Shown piece by piece: positions 18,814-28,970 of a DNA stretch of 53,216 nt. The DNA is taken from assembly GCA_018221205.1 (NCBI GenBank), contig JAAOYF010000028.1, positions 1 through 53,216 of the forward strand, written 5' to 3'. The translations under genes and the position numbers were made by a program. The notes under the pieces were generated by a model. It saw nothing but the letters and a program-made list of their open reading frames with translations. It was not told where the DNA came from and ran no database searches. Source of the stretch: Candidatus Woesearchaeota archaeon (GTDB lineage: Archaea; Nanobdellota; Nanobdellia; Woesearchaeales; WJIZ01). How positions within the stretch are numbered: the first letter of the stretch is position 1; every line of letters begins with the position of its first letter.

Positions 18814-19427
18814 GTTTTTTTCTTTATGCGCTTCATCCTGAAGACATTCTCTCTTTCTGCCTCTTCTAGGCGGAGCTGGATAAAAGAGGAGGTCTTCTCC
18901 ATACGCGGGATGACTTCAAACTCGAGTGCATTCACCCTTCTTTTTGTCTTTTCGATCTCTCTCAACAGCTTTCTCATACCAGTCTCGACTTCTGCAGCCT
19001 TGATGATCTTCTCGACGACCTTCTCATAGCCGGATGCTGCCTCATCCACTGCAGCTGAGCTGTATAGGCCATATCCCCTTTTCAGGGTTGATTTCTGCAC
19101 TTCAATCTCACCGATATTCGGCACTAAAACTCCCATGATGTTCTTTGTGCCTATCTCGACTTCAGGAGATTTGGAAACAGCCAAGGCAATCGACTTTATC
19201 TTGAGATCAGATTCGAGCAGGCGGGCCATATTCATCTTGTCAAGAGCACTTTTGTACTCCTCGACAATCTCCCCTCTCAGATTCTTCACTTCTTTGAGGA
19301 TGTCAAAGAAATCCAAGATGAGGCCGTCACGCTTTTTCTTCAGGAGATTATACCCGGATTTAGCCAGCTTGATCTTCTTCTTCAATTCCATCAATTCCGA
19401 TCTTGTCGGTTTGACGTTCTGGGTCAT
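18810..19427 (-). CDS. atpD: A/V-type ATPase subunit D (operon A)
   Basis: KPTRSEL, GYNLLKKKRDGL, KTKRRVNALE. Confidence 0.96.
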   Translation of the reverse strand: MTQNVKPTRSELMELKKKIKLAKSGYNLLKKKRDGLILDFFDILKEVKNLRGEIVEEYKSALDKMNMARLLESDLKIKSIALAVSKSPEVEIGTKNIMGVLVPNIGEIEVQKSTLKRGYGLYSSAAVDEAASGYEKVVEKIIKAAEVETGMRKLLREIEKTKRRVNALEFEVIPRMEKTSSFIQLRLEEAERENVFRMKRIKKKT

Positions 19428-20890
19428 TACGCTACCTCTTTCTTCAAGTCGTCTTCATCGACGCCGCCTTCAAGGGGTTTTTTGTATTTGGGTGTTGTCT
19501 TTCCTGATCCTGCTATTTTTTCTACATGATCTTTGTAGTACTTCTTCTTCAGGTCTGGGGAGATCCTTGTCAATTCATCCGGTGGAATCATGCCAAAAAG
19601 CTTCCAGCCCATATTCAAGGTTGTGGTTATTGTCCTGTCTTCATCTTTTGACTGGGTCACGAACACTTTCTCGAACTCTTCTGCGAATTTCAAAAGCCGC
19701 TTATCTCTTGCTGACAATGCTTCTTCACCGACGATGGCCACTAGCCCTCTTAAGTCCCGGCCTTCTGCATAACCTGCATAGAGCTGGTCTGAGACTGATT
19801 TATGGTCATCTCTTGTTTTCTTCGGACCTATACCAAGGTTCATCAGCCGTGATAATGACGGCAAGACATCAACCGGAGGATATATCCCTTTTCTGTGCAG
19901 CTCTCGGCTCAGGACAATCTGGCCCTCAGTGATATATCCTGTCAGGTCGGGAATAGGATGTGTAATATCATCTCCGATCATGGTCAAGATAGGGAACTGA
20001 GTGATAGACCCCTTTTTGCCCTTGATGACTCCTGCCCTTTCATAGATAGAAGCCAAGTCAGTATACATGTATCCTGGATAGCCTCTTCGTCCTGGAACTT
20101 CTTCTCGTGCTGCTCCGATCTCTCGCAATGACTCACAATAGTTTGTCATATCGGTCAGGACAACCAAGACGTGATAGCCTTTCTCGAATGCAATGTATTC
20201 TGCAGCAGTCAAGGCCATCTTTGGTGTAACTAGTCTTTCGACAGCAGGATCATCTGCTAAGTTCAAGAAGATGATTGCTTTAGACAATGCACCTGTCCTC
20301 TCGAAATCTGCGATGAAGTATTGAGCTTCTTCATTTGTTATACCCATAGCTGCGAAGACAACGATGAACTTTTCTCCTTCTCCAAGCACCTTGGCCTGTC
20401 GGGCAATCTGCAATGCCATCTCACTATGAGGCAAACCAGAGCCTGAGAAAATAGGCAGTTTCTGCCCTCTTACGAGGGTATTTGTCGCGTCAATTGTTGA
20501 GATGCCTGTCTGGATAAAGTCTGCAGGAGTGTCTCTTGCGTATGGATTGATGGCTGCTCCGATGATATCCATCTTCTGCTCTGGAATTATGGGGGCCTTT
20601 CCATCAATGGGCTTTCCAGCGCCGTTGAAGACTCTTCCTAACATATCTCCAGAAACACCCAATTTAAGGGTCTCGCCAAGGAACTTCACTTTCGCCCCTT
20701 TTCCGATTCCTGATGTGCCCTCGAAGATCTGGACAACGACGAGATCATCAGAGGTATCAAGGACCTGTCCTGTCTTGACCTCTCCTGAATCCAGCTTGAT
20801 GCTGACGATATCAGCATATCCTATGGGCTCTGTCTTCTCTACGAAAATCAGAGGACCGGCGACTTTGGTTATTGTTTTATATTCTTTCAT
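19427..20890 (-). CDS. atpB: A/V-type ATPase subunit B (operon A)
   Basis: [23 protein letters not shown]; SD GGGTGAT before ATG 20890. Confidence 0.97.
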   Translation of the reverse strand: MKEYKTITKVAGPLIFVEKTEPIGYADIVSIKLDSGEVKTGQVLDTSDDLVVVQIFEGTSGIGKGAKVKFLGETLKLGVSGDMLGRVFNGAGKPIDGKAPIIPEQKMDIIGAAINPYARDTPADFIQTGISTIDATNTLVRGQKLPIFSGSGLPHSEMALQIARQAKVLGEGEKFIVVFAAMGITNEEAQYFIADFERTGALSKAIIFLNLADDPAVERLVTPKMALTAAEYIAFEKGYHVLVVLTDMTNYCESLREIGAAREEVPGRRGYPGYMYTDLASIYERAGVIKGKKGSITQFPILTMIGDDITHPIPDLTGYITEGQIVLSRELHRKGIYPPVDVLPSLSRLMNLGIGPKKTRDDHKSVSDQLYAGYAEGRDLRGLVAIVGEEALSARDKRLLKFAEEFEKVFVTQSKDEDRTITTTLNMGWKLFGMIPPDELTRISPDLKKKYYKDHVEKIAGSGKTTPKYKKPLEGGVDEDDLKKEVA

Positions 20891-20895
20891 TATAA

Positions 20896-22626
20896 TCACC
20901 CTAGTGCTGCGAACTCTTTTGTCATACTTTTTTCAGCGTCCGTCAGGATCTTCTGATAGTCCTTATCGAACTTTGAGTTCACAATCTCGTTCTTTGACTT
21001 CACTTCAAGGATCTTCTGGATTCTCATCCCTTTGCCCAGGGCTTCCTGTCCAAGGTCCCTATATTTGAGAATAGTCTTCATGATCGCTCTTGTTTTCTTC
21101 AGATCGCAGAACGTATCAACTGCGTGGAACGCGTTCTGCTGCAGGAAAAATTCTCTGATCATCCTGGCAACCTCTAAGGTCAGCTGCTCTCTGTCAGGCA
21201 GGGCATCGGATCCTACTAACTGTACGATCTGAAGCAGTTTCTCTTCTTCCTGCAAGATGCTCATGAACTCGGTCTGGAGCTTCTTAAAATCCTTTCCGAC
21301 ATTCTCTGCAAACCAGGGCTCTAGTGCGTCTCGATATAGTGAATACGAGGTGAGCCAATTGATACTGGGGAAATGTCTTCTTTGGGCGAGCTTTGCGTCC
21401 AATGCCCAGAACGCCTTGGTGACCCTTAGGGTATTCTGAGTAACGGGCTCTGAGAAGTCGCCTCCTGGGGGAGAGACAGCTCCGATAAGTGTTACAGATC
21501 CTTCTTTCTTCTTTCCTTTCGGAATGGCCCTTCCTGCCCGTTCGTAGAACTGCGCAAGTCTTGTTGCGAGATATGCAGGGTAGCCTTCTTCACCAGGCAT
21601 CTCTTCCAGCCTTGAGGAGATCTCTCTCATGGCTTCAGCCCATCTTGAGGTTGAATCTGCCATCATAGCAACACTGTAACCCATATCCCTAAAGTATTCT
21701 GCTATCGTTACTCCAGTATAAACAGATGCTTCTCTTGCTGCTACTGGCATATTTGAGGTGTTCGCAATGAGGACTGTCCGATTCATGAGTGCTTTTCCGG
21801 ATTTTGGATCAATAAGTGCTGGGAATTCTTTCAGAACCTCTGTCATCTCATTTCCTCGTTCGCCGCAACCGACATAGACGACGATATCTGCGTCAGCCCA
21901 TTTAGCCAATGTCTGCTGAGCAACGGTTTTTCCTGCTCCGAACGGACCTGGAATGGCTGCTACCCCTCCTTTTGCTAGCGGGAAGAGTGCGTCGAAGATC
22001 CTTTGTCCTGTTATCAATGGAACAGTCGGATTGAGTTTCTTTCCAACAGGCCGCGCTTTTCTGACAGGCCAGAGCTGCTTCATCTTTAAGATAGTGCCGT
22101 CATCCAATTTTCCGACAGGTTCGTCAACAGTATATTTACCTGAGGATATCTCCTTGATCTTTCCTTCCTTGTCAAGAGGGACCATGATGCTGTGCATGAT
22201 TCCAGGTGTCTCTTCGACTTCGCCGATAACTTGGCCAGGCTTTACTGCATCACCTTTCTTCACTTTGGCCTTGAAATCCCACTTTTTCTTTGGGTCCAAG
22301 CCTGGAGCTTCGAGGCCGCGGAAGATATAATCTCCCTGTTCCTGCTGAAGCACAGGCAGCGGTCTCTGGATTCCGTCGTAGATGCTCGTCAATAATCCGG
22401 GACCGAGTTCGATGCTCAGCGGCTTTTTTGTATTAATGACCGGCTCGCCAGGCTGCAGGGCAGAGGTATCTTCATAGACCTGGATGATGATCTTATCCCC
22501 ATCTATCTGGATGACCTCACCCATGAGCTTTTCATTGCCTACTTTCACGAGATCGTACATGTTTGCACTGATTCCTTTTGCGACCACGACTGGGCCAGCA
22601 ATCCTATATAAAACACCTTTTTCCAT
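20896..22626 (-). CDS. atpA: A/V-type ATPase catalytic subunit A (operon A)
   Basis: [27 protein letters not shown]. Confidence 0.97.
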   Translation of the reverse strand: MEKGVLYRIAGPVVVAKGISANMYDLVKVGNEKLMGEVIQIDGDKIIIQVYEDTSALQPGEPVINTKKPLSIELGPGLLTSIYDGIQRPLPVLQQEQGDYIFRGLEAPGLDPKKKWDFKAKVKKGDAVKPGQVIGEVEETPGIMHSIMVPLDKEGKIKEISSGKYTVDEPVGKLDDGTILKMKQLWPVRKARPVGKKLNPTVPLITGQRIFDALFPLAKGGVAAIPGPFGAGKTVAQQTLAKWADADIVVYVGCGERGNEMTEVLKEFPALIDPKSGKALMNRTVLIANTSNMPVAAREASVYTGVTIAEYFRDMGYSVAMMADSTSRWAEAMREISSRLEEMPGEEGYPAYLATRLAQFYERAGRAIPKGKKKEGSVTLIGAVSPPGGDFSEPVTQNTLRVTKAFWALDAKLAQRRHFPSINWLTSYSLYRDALEPWFAENVGKDFKKLQTEFMSILQEEEKLLQIVQLVGSDALPDREQLTLEVARMIREFFLQQNAFHAVDTFCDLKKTRAIMKTILKYRDLGQEALGKGMRIQKILEVKSKNEIVNSKFDKDYQKILTDAEKSMTKEFAALG

Positions 22627-22940
22627 TATGATTCACCTTTCCATAGATCTACTCCTATAGATTTGATTATCAATTTGCGGATATTGTCTCCGCCTGCATC
22701 TTTTGAGAGTGAGATGAAGACCGGATCAACAGAGTCTTCGATGTCTGAGCGGTCTTGGGATTCCAATTTTTGCAAAACGCTTTCGTCGACAATGATGATG
22801 CCTACTTCTTTATTCTCTTTCAGCTGATACATCTTATCTAAAATATCTTTCTTGTCTTCTGTGTTGACCGACATCCTGATGCCTGCCAATTGGAATCCTA
22901 GCGTGAATGCCTCTGTCCCTATGCACGCCACTTTCTTCAT
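22626..22940 (-). CDS. atpF: A/V-type ATPase subunit F (operon A)
   Basis: [15 protein letters not shown]. Confidence 0.94.
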   Translation of the reverse strand: MKKVACIGTEAFTLGFQLAGIRMSVNTEDKKDILDKMYQLKENKEVGIIIVDESVLQKLESQDRSDIEDSVDPVFISLSKDAGGDNIRKLIIKSIGVDLWKGES

Positions 22941-23965
22941 GCGATCACCAACGGCTCTACTTTTTCCATATCCATGCCGAAATTCTTGGCTTTGACGATG
23001 CTCTTGATATTCCGTATCTCGATCTCTTTTGCGAACAGATAGCTCAAGATGACATTGACTGAGAGAGGATTCTGATGCTGGAAGAGAAGTGTTTTCCTGA
23101 AGAGATACTGGTTCAACGCTATTTCCAAGGGAATCAATGAAGATTCGTCAATCTCTTTTATCGGATAAGGAGATTTTGCGATCAACCTATGGATCTCTTC
23201 TTTTGTTTTTGCTTTGAGCAATGATCTCATAAAGACATTGTCTGATCTGTCGAGAGTGAAGAAAATATGCTTCTTAATCTCATCGCTTGCAAAGTTTTCT
23301 TTCTTCAGTCTGAAAAATGTCAATAAATTCGTTGTCTGGATAATGCTCACTAAGAATTCTCTGAACAATTTTCCCTGCCGGGGAATGTTCTTCGCGAAAT
23401 CGAGGAGAGTTCTGAAATAAAAATGATCCAATGCAGTCTCGACATCTACCAATTGCTTTGAGGGCAGCTCTTTGTATCTAAGATAAAATTCATTCAGAGG
23501 AGGTTTCGCTGATTTGAACATCTCCTCATTCTCTTTTTTTCTCATCAGGTCCAGGTCTTGCTCGGACAGCAATCCTATGGGCAAGAGCAATGCTTTCAGC
23601 TCTTCATCAGGAAGATCAATGGCCTTTGCCCGCAATACCACTTTGATATTGTCGATGTCAAATTTGAGAAGATAGGCATCGATGACATCATTGAAATAAT
23701 CCGGAGAAATCCTCTTTAGCTTGGCAATGGTGTGCTTGAAATTCTTGTTCAGGGCCTGTTCTATGAGCTCAAGGCCAGAATACCTCACGCCAAGTTCATT
23801 CATCTCCTTACTGTACTGCGTCTCTCCAAGATAATTGGAGATCTCTGCAAGAGACATCTTCATGAGTTTCTTATAATCTGCTTTAGGTATGAGTAATGTG
23901 CGCATCACCGCGGTCCTCACATAGGTGTAAGGACTTTCCCATAACCTCATCTTACCTTTTTTCAT
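22937..23965 (-). CDS. atpC: A/V-type ATPase subunit C (operon A)
   Basis: YTYVRTAVM, DIDNIKVVLR, KEIEIRNIK. Confidence 0.93.
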   Translation of the reverse strand: MKKGKMRLWESPYTYVRTAVMRTLLIPKADYKKLMKMSLAEISNYLGETQYSKEMNELGVRYSGLELIEQALNKNFKHTIAKLKRISPDYFNDVIDAYLLKFDIDNIKVVLRAKAIDLPDEELKALLLPIGLLSEQDLDLMRKKENEEMFKSAKPPLNEFYLRYKELPSKQLVDVETALDHFYFRTLLDFAKNIPRQGKLFREFLVSIIQTTNLLTFFRLKKENFASDEIKKHIFFTLDRSDNVFMRSLLKAKTKEEIHRLIAKSPYPIKEIDESSLIPLEIALNQYLFRKTLLFQHQNPLSVNVILSYLFAKEIEIRNIKSIVKAKNFGMDMEKVEPLVIA

Positions 23966-24495
23966 CTGAACAACTCTTGTGCTATCTCCTGCAGATATTT
24001 TTCTTTGATACCTCCAACCACTGTATCAAAAGAATAATTTATGCTGACACTGCCATCACTGTTCTCAGAGATCAATCCACCATCTATATCTCCAACTGTT
24101 GCTTTAACTCCTTTGAGGAATTTCGCGTCCTGCTTGTTGCAGTATACCCGAGCTATCTTCATCTGTCTCTGAGCTTTCTTGAGGATGCTCTTCAGATAGG
24201 ATTCTCTCTTTTTTGAAAGTTCCTTCTTCGCTTCCTGAATGGCTTCTTCAATCAACTCCCGTTTCTTCTCGAGCACAAGATGGGCAGCCTCTCCTTGAGA
24301 CTCCGCCTCCTTGATCTGCATTCTGCGCTCCTTCTCTTCTTCAAGAGAATTCTGCAGATGCTTTTTCTTCTCCTGCACGAAATCCTTGAGTTCCTGCTCC
24401 AGTTGCTGTAGTTTGTTTCTGGTTTCTGTCTCTATCTGAGCGATCTCTCTGTCTCTACTCTGTTCGATATCCTTCTTGATTTCTTCAAGTCCCAT
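23962..24495 (-). CDS. atpE: A/V-type ATPase subunit E (operon A)
   Basis: MGLEEIK, GGLISENSDG..NYSFD. Confidence 0.92.
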   Translation of the reverse strand: MGLEEIKKDIEQSRDREIAQIETETRNKLQQLEQELKDFVQEKKKHLQNSLEEEKERRMQIKEAESQGEAAHLVLEKKRELIEEAIQEAKKELSKKRESYLKSILKKAQRQMKIARVYCNKQDAKFLKGVKATVGDIDGGLISENSDGSVSINYSFDTVVGGIKEKYLQEIAQELFR

Positions 24496-24497
24496 GC

Positions 24498-24743
24498 TTA
24501 TCCAGCCATACCGATGATCAAAATGGCGATAACAAGTCCGAAGATAACGATTGTCTCTGGAATAACGGTCAAGATAAGACCTTTTCCGAACAACTCTTCT
24601 TTCTCTGCCATTGCACCTATAGCTGCGGTACCAATTCCTTTTTCAGCCCATGCTGCTGCAAAAGCTGATGCACTGATAGCGATGCCTGCTGCGAGAGCAA
24701 TCATCCCTGTACTTCCATTTGTTATTGCGGCTCCAACTGCCAT
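24498..24743 (-). CDS. atpK: A/V-type ATPase proteolipid K, 2-TM form
   Basis: AWAEKGIG..AIGAMAE..LFGKGLILTVIPETIVIFGLV, Methanosarcina AhaK-like. Confidence 0.96.
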   Translation of the reverse strand: MAVGAAITNGSTGMIALAAGIAISASAFAAAWAEKGIGTAAIGAMAEKEELFGKGLILTVIPETIVIFGLVIAILIIGMAG

Positions 24744-24746
24744 GTT

Positions 24747-26558
24747 TTATCCCTCCTTATAGCCAAACGGCTTAAATCTTATTCCGCCTCCTTTGTAGAA
24801 CTTACTGAACAGTTCCACATAGTGGAGTCGTAATGAGTGTAAAAAGCTTCCTAACATTCCTATCCCTATGTTGATGATATGGCCGACAATCAATAGGAGT
24901 GCACCCCAGACATAGCCAAGGCCTCCAGCTGCGAACAGCGGCGCGGCCTGGTCGTTGATGACCAATGCTAATCCTACTGAACTTAATCCAATTGCCATTA
25001 ATCTTAGATAACTAAGGATGTTGCCGAAGATGCTCGGAATCTCCACCAATCCTCTCACTCCTTCTCCTTTGTAGAGCATGAAGAGTGATAGTGCAAGGAC
25101 GATCCAGCCCACTATGGGCAAGAGCAGGATGACTTTTGTATAAGATAATGCGAGCAGTGCTACTGAGGCCTGCAGGAATATCCAGCCGAACTTCTCGTAA
25201 AATGCTGTCATGAAACCATGTGCCCTGAATTCATTGATGAAGCCAGCGATCAAACCAGCATTCACATGGATAACGCCTGCAAAAAGTGCAGCGATCATCA
25301 AAGGCTCCAATGCGTGATGAGGATTTCTGCTGATCAAGGGATGCCAAAATTCATAGCCGAAAAATTCTCCAAAGATCAATCCGAAAAATATCGTGCCGAA
25401 TGAGGCAAAGATGAGGATATTGAAAAATCTCTTGAATTGAGGCATGGCTTTCTTCATAAACCAAAATAGTACCAGTGTAGTAAGGCCGTAGCCATAATCT
25501 CCGAGCATGAACCCGAACAATAACGGGAAGGTGATGAACATGAACCACGTAGGATCTATCTCCTTGTACTTCGGCAGGGTATAAAGGTCGAGGAAAAACT
25601 GGAAGCTATTGACGCCCTTCTGATTCTCGAGCTCTATCGGTACTTTGTCTTTCTTGTCTATTGCATGGATCTCGACAACGAGCCTATCATTCGCAGCGTT
25701 TCTCAGTTCTTTTATCGAATGCTCGATATCTTCTTTCGGGACAAAACCCCAGACAACAAATGCTTTGTCTGTCTCCTGGAATCTTAATGGTGCTTCAGCT
25801 TTCTCAAGCTCATTGCTTAGGAGGAACTCATAATCAGGCAGCTTCTTCGCATATTCTTTCTTCAGATTTATGCGTTTTCTTCCGATACCCTTAAGATTGG
25901 ACTGCGCTTTTGCCACTGTCTCTTTTATCCTCTTCTCAGAGCTTTGTTTCATATCTGAGAAATCGATGGAGATGAAATCATGGGCAGTGAGCATGGATTT
26001 TGCAGAATCAAAGAAAGAACTGTCGATGAACAGGGCAATGACAGCTTTCTTTTCAATGATCGCCTTTCTCAATGAATACTTTGTCGTCTTTTCTTTCAGC
26101 TTTGCTTCGAAAGCCTCGATGTTTTTGATGAAGCCGACAGTATAGGAGAGGGTGCTGTATTCCTGAAATGCATCCAGATCAAGCTTCAATGCTTTGAGGA
26201 TCTTTGCCTTTTCGAGATGGTCCTGCTGCTTTCTCAGGATATCGTTGCTTTCTTTCTCCTCATCGGCTATTTTGATGAGCTTTTGAGCGAGAGCTTCGAT
26301 CTCTTTGGCGATCCCCTTCACTGATCCCTTCTGGGCAGCATGCTCTTTTCTGAGCGGGATATTGAATTTTGAGGCAATAGCACGGATCTTTACCAAGGTA
26401 GAAGAAAGAAGCTCTGCATCGGGCAAGGATGAGCCTTTCTCTGCCTCATTCTGGCCTTCTACGATATGGAGGATCTTCAGTTCCTGCAGCCTGGCGATTA
26501 TCTTCGGCATGACAGCCTTCGAGCCTACCAGACGTAATTTAGTCATGTCATTAATCAT
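24747..26558 (-). CDS. atpI: A/V-type ATPase subunit I (operon A)
   Basis: IDPT, GDYGYG, SYLRLMAIG, HSLRLHYVE. Confidence 0.96.
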   Translation of the reverse strand: MINDMTKLRLVGSKAVMPKIIARLQELKILHIVEGQNEAEKGSSLPDAELLSSTLVKIRAIASKFNIPLRKEHAAQKGSVKGIAKEIEALAQKLIKIADEEKESNDILRKQQDHLEKAKILKALKLDLDAFQEYSTLSYTVGFIKNIEAFEAKLKEKTTKYSLRKAIIEKKAVIALFIDSSFFDSAKSMLTAHDFISIDFSDMKQSSEKRIKETVAKAQSNLKGIGRKRINLKKEYAKKLPDYEFLLSNELEKAEAPLRFQETDKAFVVWGFVPKEDIEHSIKELRNAANDRLVVEIHAIDKKDKVPIELENQKGVNSFQFFLDLYTLPKYKEIDPTWFMFITFPLLFGFMLGDYGYGLTTLVLFWFMKKAMPQFKRFFNILIFASFGTIFFGLIFGEFFGYEFWHPLISRNPHHALEPLMIAALFAGVIHVNAGLIAGFINEFRAHGFMTAFYEKFGWIFLQASVALLALSYTKVILLLPIVGWIVLALSLFMLYKGEGVRGLVEIPSIFGNILSYLRLMAIGLSSVGLALVINDQAAPLFAAGGLGYVWGALLLIVGHIINIGIGMLGSFLHSLRLHYVELFSKFYKGGGIRFKPFGYKEG

Positions 26559-26872
26559 TTTATCTCTTCTTCAAATTTCTGTACTACAAGAGAAACCGCT
26601 TTTTGCATGTTCTTCCTGGTATCCCGTTCTAGGGCCTGAGCTTCACTCTTTCCCTTAGCAAGGCTTTTTTCCTTGATCTTTTCCATCTCTTTGTCATACT
26701 GCTCTAATGTCTGAGCATGCTCTTTGTCTAATCTTTCCTCTTCCATCTGTTTCTGTCCTTGGATCTTATCAGAAATCTCTCTCAGTCTCAGCTCTGCTTT
26801 TTTTCTTGCCTGCTCAACCTTTTTCTTGGCATCAGTCTCTGCAAGCTTGATTTTTTTCAGGATTGCATCCAT
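26555..26872 (-). CDS. atpH: A/V-type ATPase subunit H/G (operon A)
   Basis: ILKKIKLAE..A.KKVEQARKKA helix; overlaps the atpI start. Confidence 0.85.
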   Translation of the reverse strand: MDAILKKIKLAETDAKKKVEQARKKAELRLREISDKIQGQKQMEEERLDKEHAQTLEQYDKEMEKIKEKSLAKGKSEAQALERDTRKNMQKAVSLVVQKFEEEIK

Positions 26873-26940
26873 ATTTCCACCCTTCCGGCTTGATTTCTGG
26901 CCGTTATATAACGTTTTGCTCTTTAGTCTATGAAAAGTAT

Positions 26941-27816
26941 TTAGTTCTCTATCTTTTTGCTGATCGACCAGTCTAAGATGATCTCTCCGATGCTATGGAA
27001 GAGACGGCTGATCCGATATTTGTTGAAATTCTTGATGGTGATCCCTTTTGATTTCATCAATATAAGCACTGTTTTCATGAAGGAAGCCCCTTTTATATAA
27101 TCGAGATCATTTATGTTCTCGAGGACATCCTTCAGTTTTTCCACTATCTTAAGGACTTCCTGCAGATATGCTTTATCTTTTGGATCAAGCAGAATGCTGT
27201 AATCCACTATCCTCTCAAGCTCAGTGGCTAACTGGACAGTATAATACATATCGATGGATTTTAGCGTCGTGGGTTGATTGAGGACCAAAGCAGAGATGAC
27301 AGACTTCTGGATAAGGATCTTGCTCCTGTCTATCTCCTCTTCATATTTCTGGATCAGGCCTGCGTCATACTTCTCTATGAATACATAGAAAAGGTTCTTG
27401 ATCTTCTTCACCATGGTCTTCAACAGTGAATCTGGTTCGTGGATGGTCATGCTTGATTCATAGGTGACATGCTCTCCATCCAATTCGACGAACTCCAGGG
27501 CGGAGATGATATGTTTCTGCTCGAGGATAGAGGTCATGTCGATCTTCTTGTCCAATTTGATATTAAAAGAATGGGTAGGGTTGACATAGCAGGCCATGAT
27601 GATATTTATCAAGGCGTCTTTATATTTTGAGGGAACAGTGAGGTCGATGTTAGCGAGGCCTTTCTCTTTCAATTCAGGTGTTATCAAGAGAGAGCCATCA
27701 GCATTTTCTCTCACCGCAATCTTGGTGTCAGAGTTGATCTTGAACTTTTTGCACCAGCTTGTAGGCAGATAGACATAGTGCATCTTCCCTGTACGCTGGA
27801 TATTCCTTATCTCCAT
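26941..27816 (-). CDS. AbrB-PhoU family regulator (archaeal phosphate-uptake-regulator-like)
   Basis: N-terminal RNIQRTG..YVYLPTSWCKK AbrB motif; PhoU-like EEEIDR and ELERIVDY. Confidence 0.8.
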   Translation of the reverse strand: MEIRNIQRTGKMHYVYLPTSWCKKFKINSDTKIAVRENADGSLLITPELKEKGLANIDLTVPSKYKDALINIIMACYVNPTHSFNIKLDKKIDMTSILEQKHIISALEFVELDGEHVTYESSMTIHEPDSLLKTMVKKIKNLFYVFIEKYDAGLIQKYEEEIDRSKILIQKSVISALVLNQPTTLKSIDMYYTVQLATELERIVDYSILLDPKDKAYLQEVLKIVEKLKDVLENINDLDYIKGASFMKTVLILMKSKGITIKNFNKYRISRLFHSIGEIILDWSISKKIEN

Positions 27817-27925
27817 GTATTTAGGAGTAAGTATAGTATATATAAATATATAGGTTTTCTTGAATATCTATGAGATAGAGCTTATAAGCTCAAAATTTAT
27901 TTATAAAAAAAGAAGAATTATATAA

Positions 27926-28933
27926 TCATTCACGCTTATTCATAATATGCCTGACCATATCGATCATCCGGTTGGAGTAGCCCCATTCGTTGTCATACCA
28001 GCCTGTAACCGATAATAGATTGTCTTCTATGACTTCGGTCATCAAAGAGTCAAAGACACAAGAATGGGGGTTGCCGATGATATCTGTCGAGACCAAGGGT
28101 TCGTCAGTATATTGCAATATCCCTTTCATATGGTGCTCTGAGACACTCCTGAATAATTCATTCACTTGATCCTTGTTCACCCTTTCCTGCAATTCTGTCA
28201 CGAAGCTCACTAATGAAGAGTCAGGGGTGGGTACTCTGATCGCTGATGCGACTAATTTTCCTTTCAGATTCGGGATGACTTTCATGACTGCTGTCGCTGC
28301 TCCAGTCGATGTCGGGATGATGTTTATGGCAGCCGCCCTCGCCCTTCTCAAATCTTTATGGGAAGAATCAACAGTCCGTTGGTCTGCGGTATAAGAATGG
28401 ACAGTTGTCATGACTCCGCCGATGATGCCATAGTTATCATGGATCACTTTTGCCATGGGCGCAAAGCAGTTTGTCGTACAGGATGCGTTGCTGACAAAAG
28501 CTTCATTATTGTATTCATGCTCATTGACACCTTTGACTAACGTCTTGATGCCTTCATCGTTTCCTTTTGTCGGCGCTGAGAGAAGGACTTTTTTTGCTCC
28601 TGCATTCAGATGTTTCTGCATGCCCTCTTTGTCTCTAAAGACACCGGTGCATTCGATAGCGACATCAACATCCAAATCACGCCAGGGAAGCTCCTCTGGA
28701 TTTCTTGTCGAGAACATCTGGATGTCCTGATTGCGGACGTGTAATTTTTTTTCATAAGCCATCAGCTCATGAGGGAATCTTCCATGCACTGAATCATGCC
28801 TTAACAGATGTGCTAAAGCCCAAGGATCATTAGGATCATTTATACCGACGAATTGGATATCTGGATTGTCGATTCCTGCTCTCAGAACTAATCTTCCTAT
28901 TCTACCGAAACCATTGATTGCAACCTTAATCAC
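27926..28933 (-). CDS. gap: class I glyceraldehyde-3-phosphate dehydrogenase
   Basis: AINGFGRIGR, SNASCTTNC, IIPTSTGAA, WYDNEWGYS. Confidence 0.97.
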   Translation of the reverse strand: MIKVAINGFGRIGRLVLRAGIDNPDIQFVGINDPNDPWALAHLLRHDSVHGRFPHELMAYEKKLHVRNQDIQMFSTRNPEELPWRDLDVDVAIECTGVFRDKEGMQKHLNAGAKKVLLSAPTKGNDEGIKTLVKGVNEHEYNNEAFVSNASCTTNCFAPMAKVIHDNYGIIGGVMTTVHSYTADQRTVDSSHKDLRRARAAAINIIPTSTGAATAVMKVIPNLKGKLVASAIRVPTPDSSLVSFVTELQERVNKDQVNELFRSVSEHHMKGILQYTDEPLVSTDIIGNPHSCVFDSLMTEVIEDNLLSVTGWYDNEWGYSNRMIDMVRHIMNKRE

Positions 28934-28970
28934 TCTACCACCTCTTTTTTTACTTTTGGAAAAGGAGTTT

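Noticed and set aside
12306-22626. Intein in atpA
   Set aside because: Both A subunits are normal or short in length, with a continuous GAGKT region.
10360-26872. Tandem ATPase operons as an assembly duplication
   Set aside because: Subunits are strongly divergent and the K subunits differ in architecture; only short atpA tracts are identical.
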